Source of the DNA: Trichoplax adhaerens
Taxonomy: Eukaryota > Animalia > Placozoa
Assembly: GCF_000150275.1 (NCBI RefSeq)
Contig: NW_002060968.1
Location: forward strand, 653,788 to 717,787
Length of the DNA stretch: 64,000 nucleotides
Direction: 5' to 3'
Shown here: in pieces, positions 11,541 through 25,100 of the stretch
Layout of the letters: every line of letters begins with the position of its first letter
Position numbering within the stretch: position 1 is the stretch's first letter
Notes under the pieces: generated by a model
Told to the model about the DNA's origin: nothing
The model's input: only the letters and a program-made list of their open reading frames with translations
The model's database searches: none
Program-made: the position numbers and the translations under genes

Positions 11541-14500
11541 ATGAAACGTAAGGGAAATCGCTATGAAATATAAAATAATTTGTAGCAATTGAAAGGTTTT
11601 AGGAATGGAATGATTTACTGTAATTGATAAAATCCAATTTATCGTAGTGTCAACTCTTGTATTGCAAATTAGTGCTCGATAGAACCGATAGACATTACTC
11701 TGTACAAGATGTATTTTGCTATCGTATAAATAAATAAAATCTAAAACTAGTTGTTAAACCAATTTTCCCAGTTTCAAAGAAGAGCAAATATGGAGAATAT
11801 AACCTTATCACGACAGTAAGCGGCGATTTGTTCATAACACTCCATGAAGGGACGGAAAATGAACTGGTAAGAGAAACAATAATATTGATGATTTCATTGA
11901 ACCACTTTAAGGGTATTTTTAAATTCGGCGCCGATAATTTCTGATGCACTGTATTATACGGTCCCATTTTTAGTCATCGTTTTAGTTGATTAATGACTAA
12001 ATTTGCCTAGGATCAAATCAGTAAGCTGAGTTAATTATTTCTTTACCTTAATACTATATTCGACTAAATTTCATTAATTAATAAATCTCAATTACTGTAG
12101 ATTTTTAAAACCTTAATTTTATATTCTTTAATGGCATGAATCTTTCAAACGAAATAGAATTTATATATAACCAGTGCATTTAATTTTAAATTAAAGTGCT
12201 GTTCAAACTTGATTTTATTTGCCACATTTATTCTTGTCGCTTTAAATATAATACTGCACTACTATTTGCAGCTAATCCAGAGATTATTTATTTCTCAAAG
12301 CTATTAACCGTACTACGATAATCATGCATTCCAGTTCCGGAATGATACTAGACCATGTTTATATTTTATTGAGAGCTATTTCTTTCGAATTTGCAAATTA
12401 ACATGCCCAATATTTTTTTTAATAACTATCGAATATAGCAATGCTTTGGCTACCAAACCGATTACTTAAAGGTTGGTTTCTAATAAAAGATTGCTGTCAG
12501 CTACGAATGATATTTAAATTAATATAAATACAGTAAATTATCATTTACAAATAGTGTGATGATTACTTTTCGATTCTAAATTGACTTATCACATTGTTCG
12601 TGAAAGCGATTTTAGATGGTTTAATAACAAAGTAACCTAGGTTGCTCTAATGTCTACATTCGTATCGTCAAAATAGGCTTTTCTGTACTATTTATTTTGC
12701 CTACTGACACTTAGTATCTTGTGGTTGGTTGGCTATTGGCGTCCTGATTGGAAACATAAACTCACTCATAAAGCTTGTCCTTTGGCAAAAGCAGATTCTG
12801 TGCTCATTCGTGTTAGTGTCTTCCAATAATGTTCAAATCTAAGCAATAATTCAACTGAAGAATCGCTTCTTTAACTTACTTTGCTTTCATTGACAAGTCC
12901 TGTTTGATAATCACTTCAAAAAATGTTCTTTGGGACATATACGCATACAGTGCAATTTTATAACTTGAAATATTATCTATAGTTATTACTGCAGAATATT
13001 ATTTTGTGTTATTACATTGGAAATTGAATCTCAGATTAAATCTTGCCACAGTATTAATATCTGCAAGAACGGTAAAGTTTCTAATTCATGTACTGTAAAG
13101 TAGTAACTTTATATTTCGTGATATAAATAATTTCACTCGTAGCATGAACAGAATTAGTAGACTAATTTTAATAGTATGTTCTAATTTGAAATTAAATCGC
13201 TTTTAAATGGCAGCAAATAAACCTATTGCTTTCTTTAGAAGTAGACCTCATAGTTTTATAAACATCGAAGCGCTTTATAACTGTCAACTATTTAATGTTT
13301 ATTCTGATACTATTTTTCTCTTAAAGGACCCAAATAATCAGCACCATCCTGTTAAAATTGAAATTTTCAAAGATCATCCACGAAGGTAAAATTATACTAT
13401 TCTTGATCAACTGCCATATCATTTAAATTATGTACGAATCTGCTATGCGTCATTCAACACCAACGAAATTTAGTCTCTTTTCTCAGGGACTAGAAGCGTC
13501 ATATTGGCATGATACAGAACTCAAAACAATTATAATTATTATTTTAATCAAATAAGATCCTGCTACATTTTCAAAGATAACTCTCCAACGTAGAATTATA
13601 CCATACTTGATAAGTTTTCATTTAAATCGTGTGAAGTCCTGCTATATGTCAATCATAATTGAAAAAAAACTAGCAACTCCTCGCACGGCTAAAAGCTTCA
13701 TAGCTGGCATGATATAGAACTTAAAATAGCTTAGATTATCATGTCCTGCTATATCTTACTCATCACCAAGAAAAGTTGTAGCTTTTGTCGCGGACTATAG
13801 ACTTTACATCTGGCATGATACAGAACTCGAAATAGCATTTGTTTTCCAATAAAATTTTACTCTTAGAGTAAAGGACCGTCAAATAATCTATAAGAATGAA
13901 TATATACCATTTATTTCTATTCTAGAACTGCCGATGTGGAGGAAGAATCATCTCAAGGTAGTGCTTATGACTTCATCACAGACAGTTCGTTGGTAAGCTT
14001 ACAAAATGTCAAATTTTCCTGTCTAGTTTTGATAAAATTATTACTACTATGTAGCAAATAGTAGCCAATTCTATGATTTTCTAATTTAAATATTAGCATA
14101 GTACTTATACAAGTAAAATATTTTATTGAACCGTTTTCAACAAGTGCTGTAATCGTCTTAATTTTAACAGCCTACAAAATCCAAATTTTTCGAATTTCGT
14201 TTTGTTCGCTATTTCTGGGATGAAAGTAAGAACACATTTGTTCCACTCAGGTAATTAATAAAATTGATTATCATTTCTATATATTACTATGATATTTATA
14301 GATCTAGAAATCTATTTATTAAATATGAAGTTCCTACTGTATCTCTTTAAAATTGCAGTTCTAAAGAGTTATTTCGAGCATATGCAGATAAATTTCTATT
14401 TCCAAATACTTACGCTCATATCATTTCCGAATTAGAAATGTTTCATGAATGGATCATAGAACCTTTAGGCATACTATTAAATCGATTGACTTTAAAACGT

Positions 14501-17500
14501 CCGCATTATGTATAGATGGCAAAATTAGCGGCCTTTTAGCTATAATAAATGGTCAATACGGCTTATTGACATTGTTTATCCTTCTATGTTAGGGGTCTCG
14601 ATCAAAACTTAACATTTCAAGAGATTCGAAGTCAACTTTCACATGGACTCTACGAAGGTCAAGCAAAACGAAGGTATCCCTTAACTTTGTAGATGTATAA
14701 CTATGAAAACAAGCAAGATAATTTGCATCTTTAAATACTGCGATAAATATTAAATTTTCATTTTTATCCTGCGTACCCAGAATGCTTATTTTCAAGAAGA
14801 ACTTGATTGATATTAAAGTTAAAAGTATGTTCCTCATATTAGCTGAAGAGGCGAGTGCATTTTGATTATATTACGAGTCAATCAATAAAATACTTTAAAG
14901 ATCGAACGGCTAGAAATAAACTTTGAAATTCACAATTTTAATATTTTAGGCTTCGCATCCATTCTACATATTCCAGTTATTTAGCATTGCATTTTGGATT
15001 GTAGACAAATACTACTATTTTGCAGGGGCAGTTTTCATCGTGTCTATCTTTTCAATTACCGTTTCAGCAATTCTAACTCGACAGGTAATGGATCATCTTT
15101 ATTAACAACATTCAATCACAAAATAACCTATTTATTTTTACTACCTTGGTATTCATTTTTATCATACTCGTATGATATAGAATTGCGTGCGATTAAGAAA
15201 ATTAGCAACATCTTCATCGCTGATAACAGTTTTGCGACTTGATTCCGGTTTGCACTTAGAATCAAAGTTAGGATCCATTTTTAAAGACCAAATGCGCTAA
15301 GTTAAATCAAATTATTCTTTCTTAGATGACCCACAAGAAATTTCGAGTACTAATTTGGTGCCAGGGGATCTAATTGTAATTCCACCTGAGGGAATGACAA
15401 TGGAATGCGATGCTATCCTAATTACTGGCAACTGCGTTGTGAAAGAAGGTTTCCTGACAGGTTAATCCTTTCTCCTTATTGAAGCAGCTCATTTTAAAGG
15501 AACCTCTTGCAGATTATGTACTAGAAAATCTTAATTTCTATGGCAATATAAAACTCTCTCGTCTTTGCAAAACACAGGTGAAAGCGTTTCTACTGTCAAG
15601 ACCCACATTGATGACTCTAAAGCCAGATCTACTTACAATCCAATCATTCACACAGAATACACTTTATTAGCTGGAACACAAGTTATCCAAGCGAGAAGCA
15701 CTGATTCGACACAAGTTTTAGCTGTTGTTATGCGTACTGGTAAAGAAAGAAATTAAATACCTTTTAAGCAACATAGCACTTATCGAAAAGTAACGTAAAA
15801 CTTTTCTCTTTAAATGGCAGGATTTTATACGGTCAAGGGTGGATTAGTGCGCGATATCTTGTATCCAAAGTCAATGGATACAGAACTATATCGCGATGCT
15901 TGTCGTTTCTTAGGCCTTACGGTCGTCATAGGTTAGTATTACCTTTAATAAACTGTTTCTAAATTACTTAGATCTCAACTATTCTTTCCATTTTCATTAC
16001 TGCTACTCAATTTATTTCTATTACCACAATATAGCTTTGTTAGGAATCATCTACTCTGCTGCAGTCCTCTGCGCTAATCGGGTAAGTTTATAAAACATTC
16101 CTTACTGTTATAAGCGTAATAAGTTCCAGCTAATCATAAAGTATCCTTCTAGGCCACTACAAAGAATATCGTTTTGAGAACTATCGATATTATTACTATT
16201 GCAATTCCACCACAACTACCAATAGCACTCTCCATTGGTGTCTCATTCGCATTAAATAGATTGAGAAAAGCGGGTATATTTTGTATCAATCCATCTAGGT
16301 AAACTATGACTAAAATTTAGGAGTTGTATGGTTACTAGATAGTAGACCAATAGCGTTTTTTTTAGCTGAGTTTTATTCGCTAATAATGGAATTTTATTTT
16401 TCACACGCATTATTTCTTGTTCTTATATTGCTTAGGATAAATATCAGTGGAAAGATAAATCGCATCTGTTTTGATAAGGTAAAGTATCCATATCGACCAA
16501 GGCTACCGCTTAGATTTAGTCAACCTGTTATGACATGACGACGAGAATAACTATAACCTATTTACATTTGATTTCTTCTATCACAGACGGGAACTTTAAC
16601 TGAAAATGATATGGAATTTTCTGGAATAATATCAGTGATAAATAGGAGGTAGTATATTGAGAGAGATAGTGATTGTTAGGATTTGAGACGATGAGAAGGA
16701 ATCATCTCTGCAAATGAGCATCATTTCAATATCAGTTCATTAAATTAATCCAATGGCGTTATCTACAGGTCCTTAATCCATGATTTAATAATATCTTAAT
16801 ATCGTAACTATTAGATTCATCGAATTTAATCCAGAAATGCACTTTAATCCATGGAATCCAGTCGGAATTGTCATGGCTACTTGCCATTCTATCGTTTTAA
16901 TGAAAGATGGTGAATTATGTGGTGCTCCAATGGAAATAGGAATGTATCGCAACACGGAATGGGTAACACTTTATTGACCAGAAAGAATGATTAAAACTGA
17001 TAGATTAATTTAAATTGTCTTTTTTTTAAAGACACTCCATGAAATAGAAAGCGGCAACAAAAAATATAATGTACCTATAGAATCAGTTTTGAGACTATCA
17101 ACCTATACAAAAGCGCAATGTGTAAGCCCCATCTTTGGACTACTTCTATGCCAATATAAATGGCGTTTGCTTTTTAAATTTCCTCATTAATTATTTTACG
17201 GTAGCGAATTGAAAGACATTGCTTATAACTTTAGGGACCAACAGAAATTGGAATATTGAAGCGATTCCATTTTTCCCCAGAACTAAGGCGAATGTCTGTT
17301 GTAATTATGACACCCGAGGAAAGAAAATTATATTTAACTATGAAAGGCGCTCCAGAAACTGTTATCCGATTTTGCAACGAGGAAACCGGTAAAATAGTTG
17401 AATAATCGCTATCATCATGATAACTAACATTATGCTTTCTGTTTTCTTTGCAACTCTATTTGATATCTTTCTACAATTTTTTACAACAAGAAATCCAGTA

Positions 17501-20500
17501 AAATAATTAAATTAAAGTTATCATATTAAAATTTATCGTTATGCTTCCTATATAATTTGTAACTCTGTTAGATTTCTTACTACAATTTTAATGCTATAAA
17601 ATGAATTTAAATCGTTTTTTTGACAGTACCATATGATTTTACCCGAATCTTACGAGAGTATACAACTCATGGCTATCGCGTTATTGCCCTAGCTCATAAG
17701 CAGCTAGAATCTGAGATATTACCAGAAAACATTTCACAGTTGTCCAAGTAAGTTAGGCGATGCTATTAGAAATGTCATTAGGAACGTATTTAACATCTGT
17801 TTTTATGACAGTCATGACCTGGAAAAGAACATGACTTTCGTTGGATTACTTCTTTTCCAAAACAAGTTAAAGGCAGAAAGTTCAGAAGTTATCGAGCAAC
17901 TTATTCATGCTAATATCCCTGTTAATATGATAACTGGTAAAATTTACTATGTAAATAGAGAAGTAGCGCTGGATTTAATATCGACATCATTGTACTTGAC
18001 AAATCTAGGCGACCATTTGGAAACTGCCATAGATACAGCTAGGAAATGCAATATTATACAACAAGGTAGCAGTATTACGTGTATTGACATCGATGAAGAT
18101 GATAACGATTATGAAAAGGAATTGGAAAAATTACTGCAGCAATTAAAACTTTTGGAAGATGATCGGGTCTGATTTGCACCAATATTTGCAATCGTCTACT
18201 TGTAACCTACATTACTTCTATTCCAGTAATTACAAGAACAGCATTGCAATTTAATTTTTTTAGGATGTGAAACAAGATCTCAACTTTCGTACGAATAATA
18301 TTGCCTGCACTGGCAGGACATTAAATGTTTTACTTCAGTACAGACCTGATTTGTTTTTCAAGGTCGGCTAGCACAAAAATTTATAAATAATTTAAAGTTT
18401 TATTCCGACTAATGATAAATGTTTTGATTAGTTTATATCTCAAGGTGTCGTATTTGCTCGTATGTCCCCTGTGGATAAAGCACAACTAGTAGAAGGTTTA
18501 GTTGAATTAGGGTTAGTCCAGCAAATATAGAATGCTATTTAACTGGCAAGACTATAAAATAGAAGCTTAGAGATAATTTTGATGATCAAATCATTTTCAG
18601 AAATTATGTTGCAATGTGTGGCGATGGTGCTAATGATTGCGGAGTTAGTAAACTACTTTATTCTCTAAATTTTTAAATTTGTCCATGATTTAATAGTGAT
18701 ATTTATAAGCTAACTTTGCTTATACACATATTATAGGCATTAAGCGCTGCACATATTGGTATATCATTAAGTGATACTGAAGCATCTGCAGTTTCACAAT
18801 TTACCTCTAAGGTTAGCTCATAATTTGATTTTCTGACAATTTTAAAGTTAATTGGGTCTCACGCTAGAGTTTTCGCAATTATTCTTACTGTAGATATCTG
18901 TAGCGGTAATTTTAACTTTAATTTGATTAGCAAATACCACTAAAATGCATTATCACATAAGCCAATGCTAGCAAGTTCAGAAAATGTCTAAAAGTTCTAT
19001 TTATTACTAAGGCCACTAATGCTACTGTTTAAATTTCAGATTTCCAACATCTCATGCGTCTTAGATGTTATCAGGTAACATTGGCTTGTTCTTAATTAGG
19101 TCGAACTTGTAAAATCATTAGCGTCATGCTATAGTGTTATGCTGCTAGAATTAGAAAAGTTTAATCATGAACTATGATCCTGGACTCACAGGGAAGGGCG
19201 GGCAGCCTTGGCAACATCTGTCTGTATTTTAATGTATGTACTAATCACCGCAATAGCAGAATTAATGGCTGTGTTACTTTTATACTGGGTAAGACCTTGT
19301 AATCATTTTCTAATACACATATTGACTAGCTATTTCAATATTAAGTCCTTCATTGTCATTTAAATTCATTCCATTGATAAACGTAGACCAGCAGCAATTT
19401 CTCAGACTTGCAATTCCTATACTTGGATTTATTTCTTTCTTTTATGTTGATTATCACAAGTAAGTATATTTATCTTCCTAATATAAAATCTTTTAAAATA
19501 TTTTTCGTTAGCATTAACAGTTGGTGAATTCTATTTGATATTATTACCCTTTAAACTATTGCTAGTGAGCCGAGCTACGCCGCATCGGAAACTTTCTGTG
19601 CAAAGACCAAGCATTACTTTGTTCAATTTTAATATCATATTAACCTTAGCAGTCTTGTCTGTTATCACCATCGTAGGTCAAGCTATTGCTTACATATTCT
19701 TAAAATCAGTACCATGGTACGACGTAGTCGACAACTCTTCATTAAAATGGTTTCCAAGTAAAACTATATGCTCATGTTTTTATTTTGTTAACAAGCTTCT
19801 TTATCTCATTGGATTAAATAGGTACAAATATTCTGTCCCATTATCCAACGGATCCATTAGGGAATTTACTTTGGAAGGCACTACACTGTTCTACTATGTT
19901 TCATATCAGTTTATATGGATAGCAGTGATTCTAACACCAGGTCCACCTTTTCAAAATAAGATGTATAAAAATTGTGAGTTGCTAATAGTTGGTTCATTCT
20001 AACTTTGATTGCATTGCTCGAAAGCTTAACAGCTGCCGTCATTGTGCGGTGGTAATTGAATGTAATGCACGATTTCTATCGTCTAGGGTCATTCATATTA
20101 GCTCTTATAATTACTCTTGCCGTCTCTACTGTTTTACTGTTTCATCCTGGTATTGCAGCAAATTCGTTAAAGGTAAGCTGCTGTGCCTTAGGCAATGCCT
20201 TTAACATATGGACAGGAATCCAAAAGTATCATATCAAAATCAAAGTTTATCTGAAAGTTACTTTATGAGCTATAGATGAGTAATACTTACTAATTTATTC
20301 TTTCCAGCTAAAAGCAATTCCCGATGTCATATATAAAATTCTAATCCTTATTATGGGATTCGTGTACTTCACGCTTTCGTATGCATTCAAGGTTTGATAT
20401 GGCAATTGCGGATATTCTGCAAGATACAATCTTTACTGATATCTTAATGCTGCTTTTTCCTCAGGAATTTGTGAATACGGTGGTTAAGACGATGTTCAAG

Positions 20501-20518
20501 TTAGATCCGTCTTCTTAA
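11541..20518 (+). CDS. P5B-type ATPase (ATP13A2/3/4/5 family), copy 1, ~36 exons
   Basis: Hand-spliced exons: ATGAAAC 11541-11547, 11772-11866 (HEGTENEL), 12439-12471 (QCFGYQ), 12677-12811 (YWRPDW), 14950-15084 (HPFYIFQ), LVPGD, LTGES, M4 PPQLP 16207-16221, CFDK|TGTLT (16473/16587), [39 protein letters not shown]; last exon 20465-20518 ends in TAA. Frame is open throughout; one GC donor at 14851. Confidence 0.93.
13440..13840. repeat. Intronic diverged tandem repeat, ~100-105 bp period
   Basis: TGGCATGATA(C/T)AGAACT occurs at 13505, 13706 and 13811, each preceded by CTGCTA and related sequence; a fourth, degenerate unit lies near 13560-13620. Confidence 0.7.
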
Positions 20519-22199
20519 ACTTTTGCTTGATTATTTATGTTTTGCTTATTTTCTTACAGAACTTAACATCAAATACAGCACAGGAATTTACGTACTATCA
20601 ATAAATATTTTCCTTCTAAATGATATTAATTTGAAAATTATCAAGAATATACCGTCTAATAATTAAATATATTATTCTATTGCGTTAATCTAAGATCATA
20701 GCAAAGATGTAAATAATATTACTATAGCATATAGTGATGCTGCTTTTCGAAGCTACAGATCGAATTATGCAATTACAGAGATCGCTTCGTAGCACTGGCT
20801 ACAGACGCAGTTTAGACGCATTCGTTCCGCTTACTTTATGTCGTTTCTGAAATTACATTTGATATTCATGTTTATTGATACCATAGTTCTTCAAAAGCTA
20901 CAAAATAGAAGCTAATTCCATTAGCAAATGATGTATGGACACTCTATCCAACTTTTATAATACTATAGTTTCACGTAATAAGGTTTCTTGTAGGAATTTA
21001 TCTGTAATAAAATTTTGTCTCGAAGGTATAGCAATAAAATATATAACATTATCTAATTCATTTTCAAAACACGAGCGGACTTTATAAATTTTAGTTCAAT
21101 ATTTCTTATTTTAATTTATATCCAATAAATAAAATTTTATGAAATGACTCGAGAATACCGGTAGGTAAATTTACAAAACTACAAAGACTGATGTAATGTA
21201 ACTATAAAGTACATTTTATGTTAGTTTTTACTAGAGTTAAATAGAATTTGAAAGTAATGATTCAGTGCGCAATATTGCAATAGCATGCTAGATGAAAGTG
21301 CTTCTCACTAGTATTTAAATATTGCATATTACACCACCACACCCCAGTCTAGGCCACAAAACAATATTTGAGCTATAAAATTTTGGAATGATTCTGTATC
21401 TATATATAATTTAAATATTCTAGCAGAAGGAATAAACTCCTCCCATTTTTGACATCAAATGTTAATAATCACAACATCAATTTAGATATACAATCAGAAA
21501 GGCTATAGTAAGGCTTGTGAATTATGGTACACTAGCGACGTTATACTGCTATCATAGTCCATAACCAATTATTAGGCAGTATATACTTGAATTATATTAG
21601 GACTTTTCCGTTATTTAAAGCTTTTAAGCCTACTCTATATAGAGCAATAATGAACGCCTCATTGATGTTATTGTTTAGGTAGCAATATAGTGGCTAGGTG
21701 TCTGCTATAGAAGACATTCTAGCTTTTACTATTCTTAGGGAACTTGATGAGGAATCTATGAGAAAGATATTAAAGACTTACTGAAAGCCTATTAGTAGAT
21801 ATTTTAATCATTGGAAATAGCATCACTTCTATAAGATTTGAGTCAAAAACTGAGAGGTCAAAGTAATGCTTTATAGACATTGGAGTAAGAGGAGTTCAGA
21901 TCACATTTGAATATAACATCGTTTGTCATCATCTTTGAAATCTACAAATGTAAATAGATCATCAACGGGACGCTATAGCTTTTTATGTTACTAAAACTAT
22001 GTCACCACAATTTTCAACGCTGATATCCTATTGGATCAAGGAACATCACATGCTAGCAGGGTTACCAAAATCTTAACGTTCTATTTCATCCATTCATCAA
22101 TTCAGTTTAGCTGATATAGTCAACAATATCATTTGACTTACCTGTAAATTGATCCTGCAGAATTGATCTAGTGTAGTGCATGTGGAACAGAAAGTGAAG

Positions 22200-25100
22200 A
22201 TGCAAGGTTAGTAGCAACATTAAATTGCTAAGTATTGTTATCTTCGAATTATTTTTATTTCTTAGACTTTGAACTAGAATATCATAATAGATTCAAAGGA
22301 GATAAAAATTAGCTTTCTCAGTAATAACGACTTTTCTTCTATTGCATAAAACAACGAGTAGTTGAGTAGAAAACGTACAACGACATTTAAATGATCGTTG
22401 GATCTTGCCTTTTTAACTCACAGCCCCAAATCGATCTCGTCAGAAAGAAATTTTAACGGTTGAACGAGAAACTGAATGTACTTTGAAACTGAATGAAGGA
22501 ACTGACGATGAAATGGTAAGTAAACGATGGTATGGTGTATGGAAACATGCTAATGACTGACTTTGAACAAGAGCTTATCCAAGATAATTCATGATATTAG
22601 TTAGAATAAATATTTATTGGAAGCAATCTATCGTTGTAATGTTGCCATAAAAGAGCTGAATAGATCGTAAATAGTCGCTTAGTAATATCTGAATCTAAAA
22701 GATTAATACTGTATGTGCAAGATTGAAGATTAACTGAATCTTACAATTGTATTTAGTGCGTTTCAAAGTTAAAGAATTACATTAAATATTGTAGTATTGG
22801 AAAGTAATATTATATTAATTAAGGTGACTGAATAACCGAGATTATAAAAGTAATTTTATTTTAGATTAATCAGAAATTAAAGTTTTTAACATAATAAATG
22901 TAGCAGGAATATTTAACCATTAAACAAGGATAAAAATTTGTAACTGATTGCGATAAATCCTCTGTGAGGTTGATAGATCAAGAATCTTCAAAACTTTAGA
23001 AAATTAAGATTTATTGAACAAAACCTCCTTTACGAAGATACAACGTAATCGATTAGCTGAGGACCTCTAACGAGAAAGAACTATCTTACTATACTAAACT
23101 ATTCGCTTATATACCTTTCCGCGTTTACAGTCTTAGCACCTTACTTACTACACACTTCAGTATTAGCATCTCAAATACAGGATAGTTTACACCTTTCACG
23201 TGAAGCTCTAGTGTGAGCACTGTAGCGCTCCTCTTGAAAAGGATTACAGTTACTAAGCTAGCTATATTTAATACTTAAGCTTCTATCGAGAATATCTATC
23301 ACATGTTGAACACAACACCTACGGTAGACATTACTAAATTATCATCAACTTAGAATACAATATTACACAGTCTTACAGCCTCCTAAAATCTGAAATGATA
23401 GAGATTCGAAAACTTAAAATGTTCGCTTTATTACATAAATTACTTCTTAGACCAAGAATTAGACTAACTCTTAAAAATGAGATCTAAATAGCTAAATATT
23501 CAGGCAATATTTCTTTCCTATAATGGACAGCATCTGCTAAATTGTTATTACTTGTTGCATAAGAAGATAGGCATCAGTTAGTGTATAAAATGGCTATGCT
23601 AGTTTCGGGTTACTTATCCAAATTCTTTTTCTGATCATTATGCTACTAGTGTTTTGGTAGAGAGAATCTTTTGTAACAAGCATTTTTCGCATAAACGCAT
23701 ATAAGCCTTTTTACTAAATTTATTAATGAATCATTTACGATATAATTCACTTTCAAGGTATGCTATGGATACCAGAAAGACTATAAGAAGGTATAGAATT
23801 TGGATGATAATCTTACATTGTCAATAATTAATAACTATAATGGATAATAATGAATCATTATGCTGCGGTTTGCCCAAATCAGTTTGCTACAACGCTTAGG
23901 CGGCCCAGTAAACTACAACTTATCCTCTTATTTTTCATTTAGATCTACTTTTATTACATTTTGTGTCTACTAACATGTGGATTTATGATACTTGTTGGCT
24001 ACTGGAAAGCAGAATGGAAACATATTTGGACGCATAAACGTTGTCCTATTTCTTTGGCAGACTCTATAATTATAAAGGTTTGGCCCTATTTACCTATCTT
24101 ACTGCTTAGTTATTCCATTACATATTCCCAAATCACATAGCATGATTATATAAAAGCGTAATATTTATAGCTAGCAAGTAAGTACTTGGAAAATTCCTTT
24201 TACTCATTGCTACGTTATTTATCTACCTTCGTATTCATTTAAACTGTAATTCTTATCTGTAATTCGTATCTCTTAGAATTGATTTATATTAATCAAAATC
24301 ATTATAGTAAAGTTACTGCACTACTTTTCACAATATTTGAAACATCAATTATTCCACTACAATTTAAGTTTCATCGGCGTATCGCATCTTCTTCAAATTA
24401 ATGACTACCCGTACATCAAGAAAGAGACTGCATTCTATTAAATTTCAACTGGCAACATCTATTTATTTTAAATTAAACGAATTCAATTCGTTATGAAAAT
24501 ATAATTCGTAAGCGACAGCAGTTATTAGAAATATCATAATAAATTAATATATGTTACTTAATGTTCAGCTAATGCCTAGATAAAACTTACAGTAAGTGGC
24601 ATGATGCTAAAATAACGACAGATAAATCCTATAAAATGAAAATTATTACAGGTGATGCAAATTATTATTTATTTAAAAAGATTAAAACTCTGTTGGAGAT
24701 TAGGAGACAAAGTTTATCTAACAAAGCAACAATTGATTATTAATTTTATTAATAATTTTAAGTTCAATGTAGATATATTAACGCCCATTTCCATTTATGT
24801 CGCAACAGGACAGATACAATGTTAGAGAGCTGGCTGAAATGGAAAATATACTGGATTTCGAGTGTTGGTAAGACGTTGATTGATATTTAGCCATCTATTG
24901 ACTACAGTAGTGCATCTCCATGATATCAATTACTAATGCTAAATTCATTTCAAAAAAAGACAATTAGTAGTAAATCACAATACCATTTCCGTTTAACAGT
25001 CGACAACTTACTTCAACTTTAAGATGCCAAATTTTGTATCATATTTTAATGGCAAGTTCCAGCATGAAAAACATAAACAACAAACAGTCTCTTAATGTCA

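Noticed and set aside
11719-11967. 82-aa minus-strand ORF
   Set aside because: It is the antisense shadow of exon 2 (11772-11866) of ATPase copy 1.
12324-12356. Alternative first exon ([11 protein letters not shown]) for ATPase copy 1
   Set aside because: Exons 11541-11547 and 11772-11866 match copy 2 in phase and sequence and explain the N-terminus better.
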